From an uncultured bacterium (lineage in GTDB: Bacteria > Fidelibacterota > UBA2242): a stretch of DNA of 64,000 bases. This document shows positions 29,899 through 39,574 of this stretch, in pieces; the stretch's first letter is position 1, and the number at the start of each line of letters is the position of its first letter. The DNA lies in the NCBI GenBank assembly GCA_964605705.1, contig CAZSDW010000017.1, forward strand, positions 245 to 64,244, in the 5' to 3' direction. Under the pieces are notes generated by a model that was given only the letters and a program-made list of their open reading frames with translations, did not search any database and was not told the DNA's origin. The position numbers were made by a program, and so were the translations under genes.

Positions 29899-32265
29899 TT
29901 ACTCGTATTTTAAGATGTCAGCCGGATTCATAATTGCGGCTTTTACCGCCTGAAAACTGACCGTAATCAGAGCAATAGCCAGAGTAGCGACGCCGGCAAT
30001 CAGAAATAAGCCGATTCCCAAGTTGATCCGATAGGCATAGTTCTTCAAATAATTATGCATAATCAGGTATGCCAGCGGAAAGGCAATCGCATTTGCAATC
30101 AGGACCCAGATGGTGAACTGGCTGGTCATAAGTAAGACCAGTCTGGATACCGAAGCGCCCAGCACTTTACGAATCCCGATCTCTTTCATGCGTTGTTCCG
30201 CGGTGAAAGATGCGAGCCCGAACAGTCCTAGGCAAGCGATGATAATTGCCAGAATCGAGAAATATTTCACCAGCTGGCTCATTCCGGCTTCGGTTCGGTA
30301 CATCCATTCGAAGTCTTCATCCAGGAAATGGTACTCGAACGGGAAATTCGGAAGTACCCGGTTCCAGACTTTTTCAACGGCGCTGAGATTTTTCGTCACA
30401 TCACCTTGTCCTAACCTGATCAGAATCGTACTGAACCAGTTTGGGTATCCAAAACATGCCAGCGGCTCGATGATATTTTGGACGGATTTGAAGTGAAAAT
30501 CCTTCATGACACCAACAATCGTGGCATTGACACCCATAAAGCGAACATTTTGATTGATGATTGGATCCTTATCGATGATTTTCGCCAGAGTTTCGTTAAT
30601 GATTAACGCATTGATCGAATCATTTGAAACATCATAGGGAAAATTTCTTGAAAAAGAACGTCCCGCCAGCATTGGGATTTTCATGGTTTCGATATAGTCA
30701 TAATCGATTGAATTCGTCCCGACGACAATATCCATATCCGGGTCTTTACCATCCCATTGAATGCCGCCGGCGTTGCTGCCGATATTGGTTGGACGATGGG
30801 AAGAAGCAGTTACGCCCAGAACCTCCGGCAGTTGGACAAGTTCCTGTTTCAAAGATTCGTAGCTGTTTTTAATTTCACCACGCATGCTGATGGAAATGAC
30901 CCGTTCCTGGTCGAACCCCAGATCTTTGGAACGCATGAAGTTCAATTGCCGGTATATGACCATGGTACCGATAATTAAAATAATCGATAAACTGAACTGA
31001 ATAATAACTAAAATCCGGCGTAGCAAATGACTTTTTCCACTGGCGAGATTACCTTTTAATACTTTTACCGGTTTGAAACCGGATAGAAACAGAGCCGGGT
31101 AACTGCCGGAAACCAATCCGGTTATGATTGTAATGATTAGCAAACCCAGTAGAAATTGACTCTGAAAAAGCGCTTCTCCCTGAATGTCTTTACTGGCAAT
31201 CGTATTGAAAGCCGGTAATAGCAGCAGTACGAAGATTAGTGAAATCATTACCGCAATAAACGATAACAGAATCGATTCGCCGATAAACTGCAGGATGATA
31301 TTTTTGCGAAAGGCACCAACGACCTTGCGCATGCCGATTTCCCGGGCGCGGTTAGCGGAGCGCGCGGTTGCCAGGTTCATGAAATTGATACAGGCAATCA
31401 GCAGGACGAATGCTGCAATGATTGAAAATAGATAGACAAATTTGATCCCGACGGGATCATGATCGAATCCGAAAAATCCGTAGAGGTGAATATTGGTAAA
31501 TGGTGTCACCATATAGACTGTTAAACTTTTTTCATTATGACTTGTCACTATATCGGTGATTTTACGGTTAACGTCTTCGATAATGGCATTTTTCTGCAGC
31601 TGGACAAAGGTCCTGATAGAGTTGCTGCCCCAGCTTTCGTTATATTCCCCCAACTCTTTTGTCATTTCAAAGTGAATCAGGATTTTCGGATTAATGGTAC
31701 TGTTCGATGGTGCCTGCTTTAAAAGCCCTGTGACGGTAAGATTGTACTGATTGTCATACAGCATTGTTTTGCCGATGGGATTTTCATCACCAAAATATTT
31801 TTTGGCAGTCTCTTCGTCGATAACAATGGAATAGGGATCATTCATGACAACTTCACGATCGCCTTGTAAAAGGGGATAATCAAACATGGTGAAAAAGGCA
31901 GGATCTACTGCCTGAACGTCATTCTCGAAAAAAACCTTATCACCAAACCGTAGCGGTCTGCCGCCACTCCAGGCATAGCGAACGGCAGCAACTATTTCCG
32001 GGATTTCATCTTTCCAGACCGGTGCGCATGGATAGGGCGTCACATTGACATGATAGAGCCTGCCGCTGTAATTCTGCTCCTGCTCAACGCGAAAGAGATT
32101 GTCGGCATTGGCGTGAAATTTATCAAAACTCAGCTCATCCTGAACCCAGAGTAAAATCAGCAGGCAACAGGCAAGTCCGATTGCCAGCCCAAAGATATTG
32201 ATGAATGAATAGCCTTTATGACGGAGGATATTCCGTATTGCGATCTTAAAATAATTTTTAAACAT
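29899..32265 (-). CDS. FtsX/MacB-type ABC permease, double-FtsX (paralog P2)
   Basis: MFKNYFKIAIRNILRHKGYSFINIFGLAIGLA.. N-terminus. ..AAIMNPADILKYE C-terminus. 8 TM helices. Confidence 0.85.
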   Translation of the reverse strand: MFKNYFKIAIRNILRHKGYSFINIFGLAIGLACCLLILLWVQDELSFDKFHANADNLFRVEQEQNYSGRLYHVNVTPYPCAPVWKDEIPEIVAAVRYAWSGGRPLRFGDKVFFENDVQAVDPAFFTMFDYPLLQGDREVVMNDPYSIVIDEETAKKYFGDENPIGKTMLYDNQYNLTVTGLLKQAPSNSTINPKILIHFEMTKELGEYNESWGSNSIRTFVQLQKNAIIEDVNRKITDIVTSHNEKSLTVYMVTPFTNIHLYGFFGFDHDPVGIKFVYLFSIIAAFVLLIACINFMNLATARSANRAREIGMRKVVGAFRKNIILQFIGESILLSFIAVMISLIFVLLLLPAFNTIASKDIQGEALFQSQFLLGLLIITIITGLVSGSYPALFLSGFKPVKVLKGNLASGKSHLLRRILVIIQFSLSIILIIGTMVIYRQLNFMRSKDLGFDQERVISISMRGEIKNSYESLKQELVQLPEVLGVTASSHRPTNIGSNAGGIQWDGKDPDMDIVVGTNSIDYDYIETMKIPMLAGRSFSRNFPYDVSNDSINALIINETLAKIIDKDPIINQNVRFMGVNATIVGVMKDFHFKSVQNIIEPLACFGYPNWFSTILIRLGQGDVTKNLSAVEKVWNRVLPNFPFEYHFLDEDFEWMYRTEAGMSQLVKYFSILAIIIACLGLFGLASFTAEQRMKEIGIRKVLGASVSRLVLLMTSQFTIWVLIANAIAFPLAYLIMHNYLKNYAYRINLGIGLFLIAGVATLAIALITVSFQAVKAAIMNPADILKYE

Positions 32266-32356
32266 TAAAGTTCCCCTATATCTATAATTCTGACATAGTA
32301 TATGATTTAAAATATTAAAAATCGTCAGATATTACAATTTAGAACAAAAAATACTA

Positions 32357-34747
32357 TCATTCATATCTAAGCGATTTCACCGGGTTTGCGTTTGCCGCTT
32401 TGATGATATAATAGCTGACAGTTATAATTGCAATTGCCAGAGCAATGATTCCGGATATTAGAAAATCCCAAATACTGATTATCGTGCGATATGGGAAATT
32501 TTGCAGCCAGCAGTTCATAGCATACCAGGCAATCGGAAAGGCGATCACATTTGCCAGCAGAACCAGAATTGTAAAATCCTTTGAAACCAGCAGCATGATT
32601 TTCGGAACCGATGAGCCCAGGACTTTGCGAATGCCGATTTCCTTGATCCGGCGTGTTGTAGCATAAGACGCCAGCCCGAAAAGCCCCATGCAGGCGATGA
32701 TGATTGCCAGCGCGGTAAAGTAAATGAAAGTCTGCCCCAGTTTACGCTCCTGCAGATGGATTTCATCAAACCGGTCATCCAGGAAAATGTAGTTGAAAGG
32801 AATCGTCGCAGTGATTGATTTCCATTGATTTTCCACGGCATCAAGAACCTGAAAAACATTGCCCGGCGCCAAACGCAGACTCAGGAATCCACCGTGGTTG
32901 GTGGGATAGAAAATCATCGGCTCAATTTTTTCGCGCAGGGAATTGATATGAAAATCACTGACCACACCGATGATAGTCAGCGGGAGCCCTTCATCATCTT
33001 CCGTCAGCGTTGGATCATTGATTGTTTTTTCCATTGGGTGTTCCCAACCGACTTCCCGGGCAAGGGTTTCATTGATCAGTACCTTTTGCTGCTCATTCTC
33101 AGCTGCCGGACTGAAATTTCGTCCTTCCATCAACTGGATATCAAAAGTCTTTAAAAAATCTGCATCGATGGACATGGTCTTAAAAAGCCAGGGCTTTTCG
33201 GTATTGAATCCTTCGGGAAAGAAACCGTGTCCCCGGCTGAAACCGGCATAAGGATAATTGCTTGAGATACTGGCTGACAAAACACCGGGCAGCTGCAGCA
33301 TTTTATCTTTGACAATCTTGACCTGGGAAAGCACTTCTTCGCCATTCAGCGGTAATATCAGGACATTTTCCTTATCAAATCCGAGGTTTTTATGCTGGAA
33401 ATACTGCCACTGTTTATAAATGATTCCGGTCGAGCAAATTAAAGAGATAGAAATAACAAATTGGAAAACAACCAGGACATTGCGCAGAATCGGTCGCTTA
33501 TAACCAGCAGCGCTGTTGCCCCTGATATTAGAGATCGGGCTGATCGACGATAGGAAAACTGCCGGGTAAAAGCCGGAGACAGCGCCGATCAGCAAAATGA
33601 AAAGGATTCCAGCGCTGATTAATTTTCCATTTAATAGCAAATTCAGATTCAGTTGCTTTCCCACAACATTACTGAAAACCGGTAAAAGCAGTTTGACCAT
33701 TATTGCCGCAATTAATGCAGCAATTATGGTAATCAGGACAGATTCATAGAGAAACTGGCTGACAATTTTCCGCTTGTCTGCGCCAATCACTTTGCGTACG
33801 CCGATCTCTTTTGCCCTAACCGAATAGTGGGCTGTGGTCAGATTGATAAAATTGATACAGGCGATGATGAGAATAAACAAGGCGATTGCCGTGAAAATAT
33901 AGACATAATTGATGTCGCCGATATCCCCAAGGTTGTACATCAGATGGGAATAGAGATGGATATCAATAATTGATCCCGTTTTAAGAAAAAACTCCATGCC
34001 GTGGGTCTCAAGATTGATTTCCATCTTATCCATTGCCAGGTTTCTGATTTTTTCCGCAAACGCTGTTGCATCGACATTTTCATTCAACTTGATGTATGTG
34101 AATGCACTGAATTGTCCCCAGAGGGCGGCATTATCTTCTACCGGGATTGGATTAGATAAAATTGCGTTAAATTTCAAGTGAGTGTTCGATGGTATATTTT
34201 CACAAACACCGGTGACAACGATGTCTTCATCATTGTTCAATTTCAACACTTTTCCGATTGGATTTGTATCACCGAAATATTTTTCTGCCAATGATTCCGT
34301 CAGGACAATGGTGTTCGGATCCTTCAGTACGTTATCAGCAGTTCCCTGAATCAAGCGGTGAGTGAATATATTGAAAAAATCCGGGCTGGCTCGTAAGACT
34401 GCATTTTCATAAAAAACCTTATCCTCAAATTTCAGGGCAATCTGCTGCTCGTTATTGATCCGGGCAGCGTATTGCACTTCGGGGTAATTGGTTCCGAGGT
34501 AATCGGCGAGTGGCACCATGCTGACGCCGTAATCGATCGGCTGCCCGTTGATCTGACCGTACGTGGTGACCCGGAAAATTCGTTCAGCACCTTCGAAAAA
34601 CCGGTCATAACTCAACTCATGAATAATGAACAGTGTAATAAAAAAACAGATGGTGATTCCCAGCGCCAGACCGGCAATATTAATCAGAGAATAACCAGCA
34701 TGTCTTTTCATATTGCGGAGGGCGATTTTTAAATAGTTTTTAAACAT
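32357..34747 (-). CDS. FtsX/MacB-type ABC permease, double-FtsX (paralog P3)
   Basis: The track ORF starts at TTG 34801. The likely true start is ATG ~34747, giving the family-typical MFKNYLKIALRNMKRH. It ends ..ANANPVKSLRYE. Confidence 0.85.
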   Translation of the reverse strand: MFKNYLKIALRNMKRHAGYSLINIAGLALGITICFFITLFIIHELSYDRFFEGAERIFRVTTYGQINGQPIDYGVSMVPLADYLGTNYPEVQYAARINNEQQIALKFEDKVFYENAVLRASPDFFNIFTHRLIQGTADNVLKDPNTIVLTESLAEKYFGDTNPIGKVLKLNNDEDIVVTGVCENIPSNTHLKFNAILSNPIPVEDNAALWGQFSAFTYIKLNENVDATAFAEKIRNLAMDKMEINLETHGMEFFLKTGSIIDIHLYSHLMYNLGDIGDINYVYIFTAIALFILIIACINFINLTTAHYSVRAKEIGVRKVIGADKRKIVSQFLYESVLITIIAALIAAIMVKLLLPVFSNVVGKQLNLNLLLNGKLISAGILFILLIGAVSGFYPAVFLSSISPISNIRGNSAAGYKRPILRNVLVVFQFVISISLICSTGIIYKQWQYFQHKNLGFDKENVLILPLNGEEVLSQVKIVKDKMLQLPGVLSASISSNYPYAGFSRGHGFFPEGFNTEKPWLFKTMSIDADFLKTFDIQLMEGRNFSPAAENEQQKVLINETLAREVGWEHPMEKTINDPTLTEDDEGLPLTIIGVVSDFHINSLREKIEPMIFYPTNHGGFLSLRLAPGNVFQVLDAVENQWKSITATIPFNYIFLDDRFDEIHLQERKLGQTFIYFTALAIIIACMGLFGLASYATTRRIKEIGIRKVLGSSVPKIMLLVSKDFTILVLLANVIAFPIAWYAMNCWLQNFPYRTIISIWDFLISGIIALAIAIITVSYYIIKAANANPVKSLRYE

Positions 34748-34959
34748 GTTCTCACCGTTTTTAATTATTGAGCATAGCAATAAGACGATGGGATTATTCA
34801 AATGGTTGTCTGCTAAAATTTAGCGAGTAATATGCTCATATCCGGTTGCCAATTATAACTTAGTCATCGGTAAAACCGGAATACAGCAATGCAAAGCTTT
34901 GATAAGATAGTTCTCAGTCATCTCGATTGACGGAGAATGCCGGAAGAGAGATCGCATCA

Positions 34960-35125
34960 GAAAAAATGTGCCAGTCTTAATCGTTTTACCTGTCTGGCGT
35001 AATCCCGAAATTCGGGATTCGTTCGAAATGACATAAAGACCGTCACCTCGAATGTACCGCCTGAGGTGGTGCAGAGAGGTCGGATTTTTACCATTCTCGT
35101 CGCAGCGCTCTGCGCTGCGATGTAC
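34960..35125. promoter_or_regulatory. structured 370-nt intergenic region between the cytochrome-lipoprotein gene and permease P3, containing three strong inverted repeats
   Basis: AATCCCGAA-A-TTCGGGATT (perfect 19-bp palindrome, ~34992-35010), CACCTCG..CTGAGGTG (~35048-35072) and TCGCAGCGC-TCT-GCGCTGCGA (9-bp stem, ~35097-35117). Also GCTAAAATTTAGC immediately upstream of the P3 start (~34811-34823). Confidence 0.4.
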
Positions 35126-35170
35126 TGATCTGGGGCGGCAGAGGTTATAACTCAGAGCATTGAAATCAGT

Positions 35171-35596
35171 TTAATTATCCAGCGCTCCGGCGGCGATCCA
35201 CTTGGCAAATTTTTGCAGTTCCTGATCGTTCCATTTTGGTACACCGGAACCCGGTGGTGGCATGACGATATTTTCATCACTGACGGTGATAGTCTGGCAG
35301 CATATATTATAGAGACTGCTTTCATCAGGATTCCCGACAATTATAAAAGTGCCGACATTGCTGAAGATATCTTCTTTTTGCTCGTAATAGACCTGGTGTT
35401 CAATGGCGGGACTGTTGACATTTTCCCGGGTGTGACAGACGCCGCAGGAACGCTGGAATACAGGCAGGATGTCATTTTGAAAAGAGATGACTGTCGCCAT
35501 TTCTTTCTGGATTTTTGCCAATTCCTGTGTCCCTTTTTTGGAACAACCGATAATCAAAATTGACAGCAGCACAAAAGTGACCATTGGTTTTCTCAT
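35171..35596 (-). CDS. small lipoprotein with a single CxxCH haem-binding motif (PSCyt1-like cytochrome-c domain)
   Basis: Lipobox LSILIIGC. ILPVFQRSCGVCHT resembles the PSCyt1 cytochrome-c-like domain. 23 nt downstream of the KamA-like gene on the same strand. Confidence 0.5.
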   Translation of the reverse strand: MRKPMVTFVLLSILIIGCSKKGTQELAKIQKEMATVISFQNDILPVFQRSCGVCHTRENVNSPAIEHQVYYEQKEDIFSNVGTFIIVGNPDESSLYNICCQTITVSDENIVMPPPGSGVPKWNDQELQKFAKWIAAGALDN

Positions 35597-35619
35597 CGCT
35601 GCTCCATTTTTACATTTGA

Positions 35620-37572
35620 TTAAAAATAGTACCAGATTGTACGATAATCACGGATATTTTCACCTCTTGCGGCTAATTCTTCCAGGTAATCGTAGATCGG
35701 GACATCGACATAATTATAGGGGGGAATCACTTTGATGTTTTTTTCCCATGGATGAAATTCATAGACTCGCGAACCATCGGATAGAATCATGACCAGACGG
35801 TGGTCCTGCCAGGCACGCAGGTGGTTCTTGCCAAGTTTGGGGACATTAAACACGGCTTCATCAGTACGGTCAAGACCGGGTAACAGGCGGGCTTCTTCTT
35901 TGCGTTCCTGCAGAATCCGGGCGATGGGAACCATATAGCGTTTCGTCTCTTCCTTGCCTTTCATATTAAAAGTGTAGTAGGGATCGATACCAATGGATTT
36001 CAAATCCCGGCGTAGTTTTACGGATTCGAAGCGGCGCGAATTTTCCACTGTAAAGACTTCCTGATTGTAAACACTGATTCCCGCTTTGCGGATTTTCTGA
36101 ACGGCTTCCAGTGCTTCGGGAGTAATTTCATAGGAATGCTCAAAATGGGTGACAATTGCGATTTCCAATTTCGGGGGACGATGATATTTTTCTAGGATTT
36201 TCATGAAGTTTTTCGTGAACCGCATGGGTAACACAACGGGTGTCCGGGTACCGATGCGGATACGATAGATATGTTTTTTCTGAGACAATATCTCCAAAAT
36301 ATTTTCAAGTTGAGAATCTTTCATTACTGCCGGATCGCCGCCGGTAATTAATACATCGCCGACACTTTTATGCTCATCAAACCAGTTCAACGCCTCGTTT
36401 AATGTTTCCCTGGATGCCAGGGCTTTTGGTTCCAGAACCCGTTCAATTTCCCAGTTACGCTGGCAATACACACAAATCTGTGAGCAGGTATTAAAGGGTT
36501 TCAGAATGGCAATTATCGGGTAGCGACGGGTAATCAGGTCCACCGGTGAGGTATCGTGTTCACCCATAAAATCAAAAGCGGTGCCCCGGTCGCCACGATG
36601 TTCAGCCATTATATCCACGTACTCTTTTGGCGGAATTACCTGAGCCCGGATCGCATGGTCATAGCCGATAGAAAGTTTACTGTCCATCAGGCTGAGGTAA
36701 TAGGGAGTGATACCAAAAGCGATTTTGTTTTTTACGGCTTTATCAATGGTTTCGATTTGTCCATTGGTAAGTTCTATCAGGTCTTTAACCGGTTTGCTAT
36801 CTTTTATGACATGTTTAAGGTGCCAGTGATAATCATTCCAATCAGTGTCGTTACCACCAAAATAATTTAAAATTCGCTTACGGTTTTCTATCCGCCAGCC
36901 AATGACCTCTTCTTCCAATCCCGAGGGATATTTTTTCAGGTATTTATTGACGCTGGAGCCAAGTTCGTCCAGAATCTCCATTCGTGCCAGAGCCGCTTTT
37001 CTGCCTTTCATTTTAAGAAATTCCGGAATACTTTTTTTGACCTGGGAATCCTCAAGGTATATATTGGATTTGCCGGTAACACCACGAAACAGATTGATAA
37101 ACTCCATCAGAAAACCAACGGACACGATCTCTTTCAGTTCCTGCTGTTTTTCGCGAGCGAGGTTCCACAACATATCCAGCGCGGAAAATTCTGTCCGGAA
37201 TTCATTGATTGGACCAATGATGCTCCGAAACGCGCGGACACAATCGCGGACGGTGGCTTTTTCAAGAATATGTAAATCATTATCCAGATCGAAAATCTTT
37301 CGCTCGGCTTTGTCAAGGTAATTATAGAGCGCATCCCGGGCTGATTCAAGGGTATCGGCTGATTTGAGTATCAGGTGAATTTCCGGATTAGAGTCCCATA
37401 AGCGCTGCAGGTAGGCTTCATAATCGACTTTGTAATGCGGTTTAAAAAGACTGACTTCATCGGTAAAAACATCGTCCAGCAGTCTGGTGCTGAGCCACTT
37501 TAAATTTTGGAGTGAGAGAGGGGGTTTTTTCTGCGGTTTGAGTTTTTCAGTATTCCGGCTCTTGGAATTCAT
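35620..37572 (-). CDS. KamA-family radical SAM protein (lysine-2,3-aminomutase-like core) with ~235-aa N-terminal extension
   Basis: Residues ~240-650 align with KamA: DWNDYHWHLKH.., ITPYYLSLMD, CxxxCxxC (NTCSQICVYCQR), LITGGDPAV, IGTRTPVVLPMRF. The first ~235 aa have no KamA counterpart. Confidence 0.75.
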   Translation of the reverse strand: MNSKSRNTEKLKPQKKPPLSLQNLKWLSTRLLDDVFTDEVSLFKPHYKVDYEAYLQRLWDSNPEIHLILKSADTLESARDALYNYLDKAERKIFDLDNDLHILEKATVRDCVRAFRSIIGPINEFRTEFSALDMLWNLAREKQQELKEIVSVGFLMEFINLFRGVTGKSNIYLEDSQVKKSIPEFLKMKGRKAALARMEILDELGSSVNKYLKKYPSGLEEEVIGWRIENRKRILNYFGGNDTDWNDYHWHLKHVIKDSKPVKDLIELTNGQIETIDKAVKNKIAFGITPYYLSLMDSKLSIGYDHAIRAQVIPPKEYVDIMAEHRGDRGTAFDFMGEHDTSPVDLITRRYPIIAILKPFNTCSQICVYCQRNWEIERVLEPKALASRETLNEALNWFDEHKSVGDVLITGGDPAVMKDSQLENILEILSQKKHIYRIRIGTRTPVVLPMRFTKNFMKILEKYHRPPKLEIAIVTHFEHSYEITPEALEAVQKIRKAGISVYNQEVFTVENSRRFESVKLRRDLKSIGIDPYYTFNMKGKEETKRYMVPIARILQERKEEARLLPGLDRTDEAVFNVPKLGKNHLRAWQDHRLVMILSDGSRVYEFHPWEKNIKVIPPYNYVDVPIYDYLEELAARGENIRDYRTIWYYF

Positions 37573-37799
37573 GATAAGCTCCTTCCGTTTTTGATGTCTC
37601 TATTAAAGTATATAACAATATAAGGATAATATCAACCCGTGTATTGCCAAAACAGACTGTGGAAATATGAAGGAGGAATTGTTTTAACCACAAAATGCGC
37701 TAAAATTTCGCAAAGACCGCAATGAACTTGGAAGCTCAATAAACACTATGACGACGAAGCTTGTGAATTATCGTTTTTACATTTTCAATTTTTCATTGT

Positions 37800-39559
37800 T
37801 TATTCATACCTGAGACTCTTGACTGGATTCGCTGTCGCTGCCCGGAGCGCCTGCCAGCAAACAGTCAAAAATGCAATTGCCAAGGCGATACCTCCCGCCA
37901 ATGCAAACATCCACCAACTCACTTCAATTCGATAGGCATAATTTTCAAGCCATTTATGCATTGCATAGTACGAAATGGGGCAGGCAATGAGTGCAGCAAT
38001 GATGATCCATCGAAAATAATCCATGGTCAATGATCCGATCAGGTTCGTAAGAGATGCGCCCATTACTTTTCGAATGCCGATTTCTTTGGTCCGCTGGACG
38101 GCGCTGAACGAAATAAGTCCCAATAAACCAAGGCAGGTAATGAGAATTGAGATTAGGGAAAATAAAATAACGATTTGCTTCAATTCCTCTTCGGCTTTAT
38201 AGAGTCGATCGTATGTAGCATCCAGAAATTCATATTCAAAAGGAGACTGAGGTGACAATTCATTCCAGATTTTTTCGATATATTGTATCGTTTGCGTTTG
38301 GTTCTGATCGCTGATTTTGATATTGATATTTGAATTCCAATCCGCATACCATAAAGCGGATGGTGCCAGCTTGTGATGAAATGAATCATAGTGAAAATCT
38401 TTTACGACACCAATGATTGTTGGTTTGATATGAAGGAAATCCAAAAAATCAATTTCAGTACCGATCGGATTTTCCAGTTCGAATTCCTTGACAAAGGATT
38501 CATTGACAATGATTGAATTATATTTATCGTTTGGTATTTTCCATGAAAACGTTCTGCCTTCAACGATTTCAATCCCCATTGTCGGAATGAAATCCGGATC
38601 CACAGTGGTAGCCCGGTAAGGTTTCCGAATTCCGTTTATTTCTTGTTGGGTACCAATATTAAATTCTTGCCCAAGCGGGTGATTCGATTGAGCCATGGAT
38701 ATGATGTCAGGATTTTGAAGAAGTCTTTGTTTGAAGACATCATATTTTTCATGGATCTGCCGATTCTGTAAACATTAAATTATATTCTTGATGGAATATC
38801 CCAACGGTCTTGTCTTTAGAAAATCGATCTGGTTGGAAATTGAGATTGTACAGGTGATGAGCGTTATCGAAATGACAAATTGGAAAACCAAAAGTGAAAA
38901 TCTTAATGAAGCCCCTTTTTTGCCCTTTGTTTTTTCACCTTTTATTGCGGAGACCGGTGTAAAAGATGATAGGAGAAGAGCCGGATAAATACCCGCGATC
39001 AAGCCAATCAACAGAACAGTCACAAGCAGAAATACCAGCATGCATGGTTGATTGAAAATATCAAGCGGTATTTGTTTATTAATCAAATTATAAAATTGCG
39101 GTTTGCTAAGTTCGAAAATAACCAGCGCTACCGGCGCAGTGGTAACCGCGATCAGAATGGATTCAACCAGAAACTAAACATGTCAAAAAAATTCCGATCA
39201 ACAAAAAGAACATTCTTTACTTTTATTTTTTTCGAGGCGTCTGTGATGTTGGAAATAAACAAAGAAGATTCCCCACCGCCGTAAGAGTCATCGATACGGG
39301 TAATTAATTCACACTCGGGAATATTTTCTTCAATCGCGGTCGCTAATGGCGCAGTTGTGAAAAAAGTATCACCGATGTGAACTTGATAAATTGATTTGTA
39401 GTTTTCATGAAATTTATCATGGCTGAACTCATGCATAACATACATCGAAATGAGCAGGAATATTGCCATCCCCAATGCAAGCCCGCCAATATTAATCAAT
39501 GTATGGATTTTATTCTTCTGTAAGCTCCTGATTGCGATCTTTAAATAGTTGCTTAACAA
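37800..39559 (-). pseudogene. decayed FtsX/MacB-type permease paralog (frameshifts plus internal deletion)
   Basis: Three consecutive minus-strand ORFs in different frames encode an N-terminal piece (39152-39559, MLSNYLKIAIRSLQKNK..), an FtsX TM2-4 piece (38775-39086) and a C-terminal third ending ..ATANPVKSLRYE (37800-38696). Most of periplasmic domain 1 is missing. Confidence 0.8.
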
Positions 39560-39574
39560 TGTCTATATCCTTGA

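Noticed and set aside
34799-34801. Long N-terminal extensions on several permease ORFs (P3, P5, P6) as possible distinct leader peptides
   Set aside because: The ORF track uses TTG/GTG starts. The family-consensus N-terminus (M)FKNYLKI.. begins at an internal ATG/TTG in each case, so the extensions are most likely artefacts of the longest-ORF rule.
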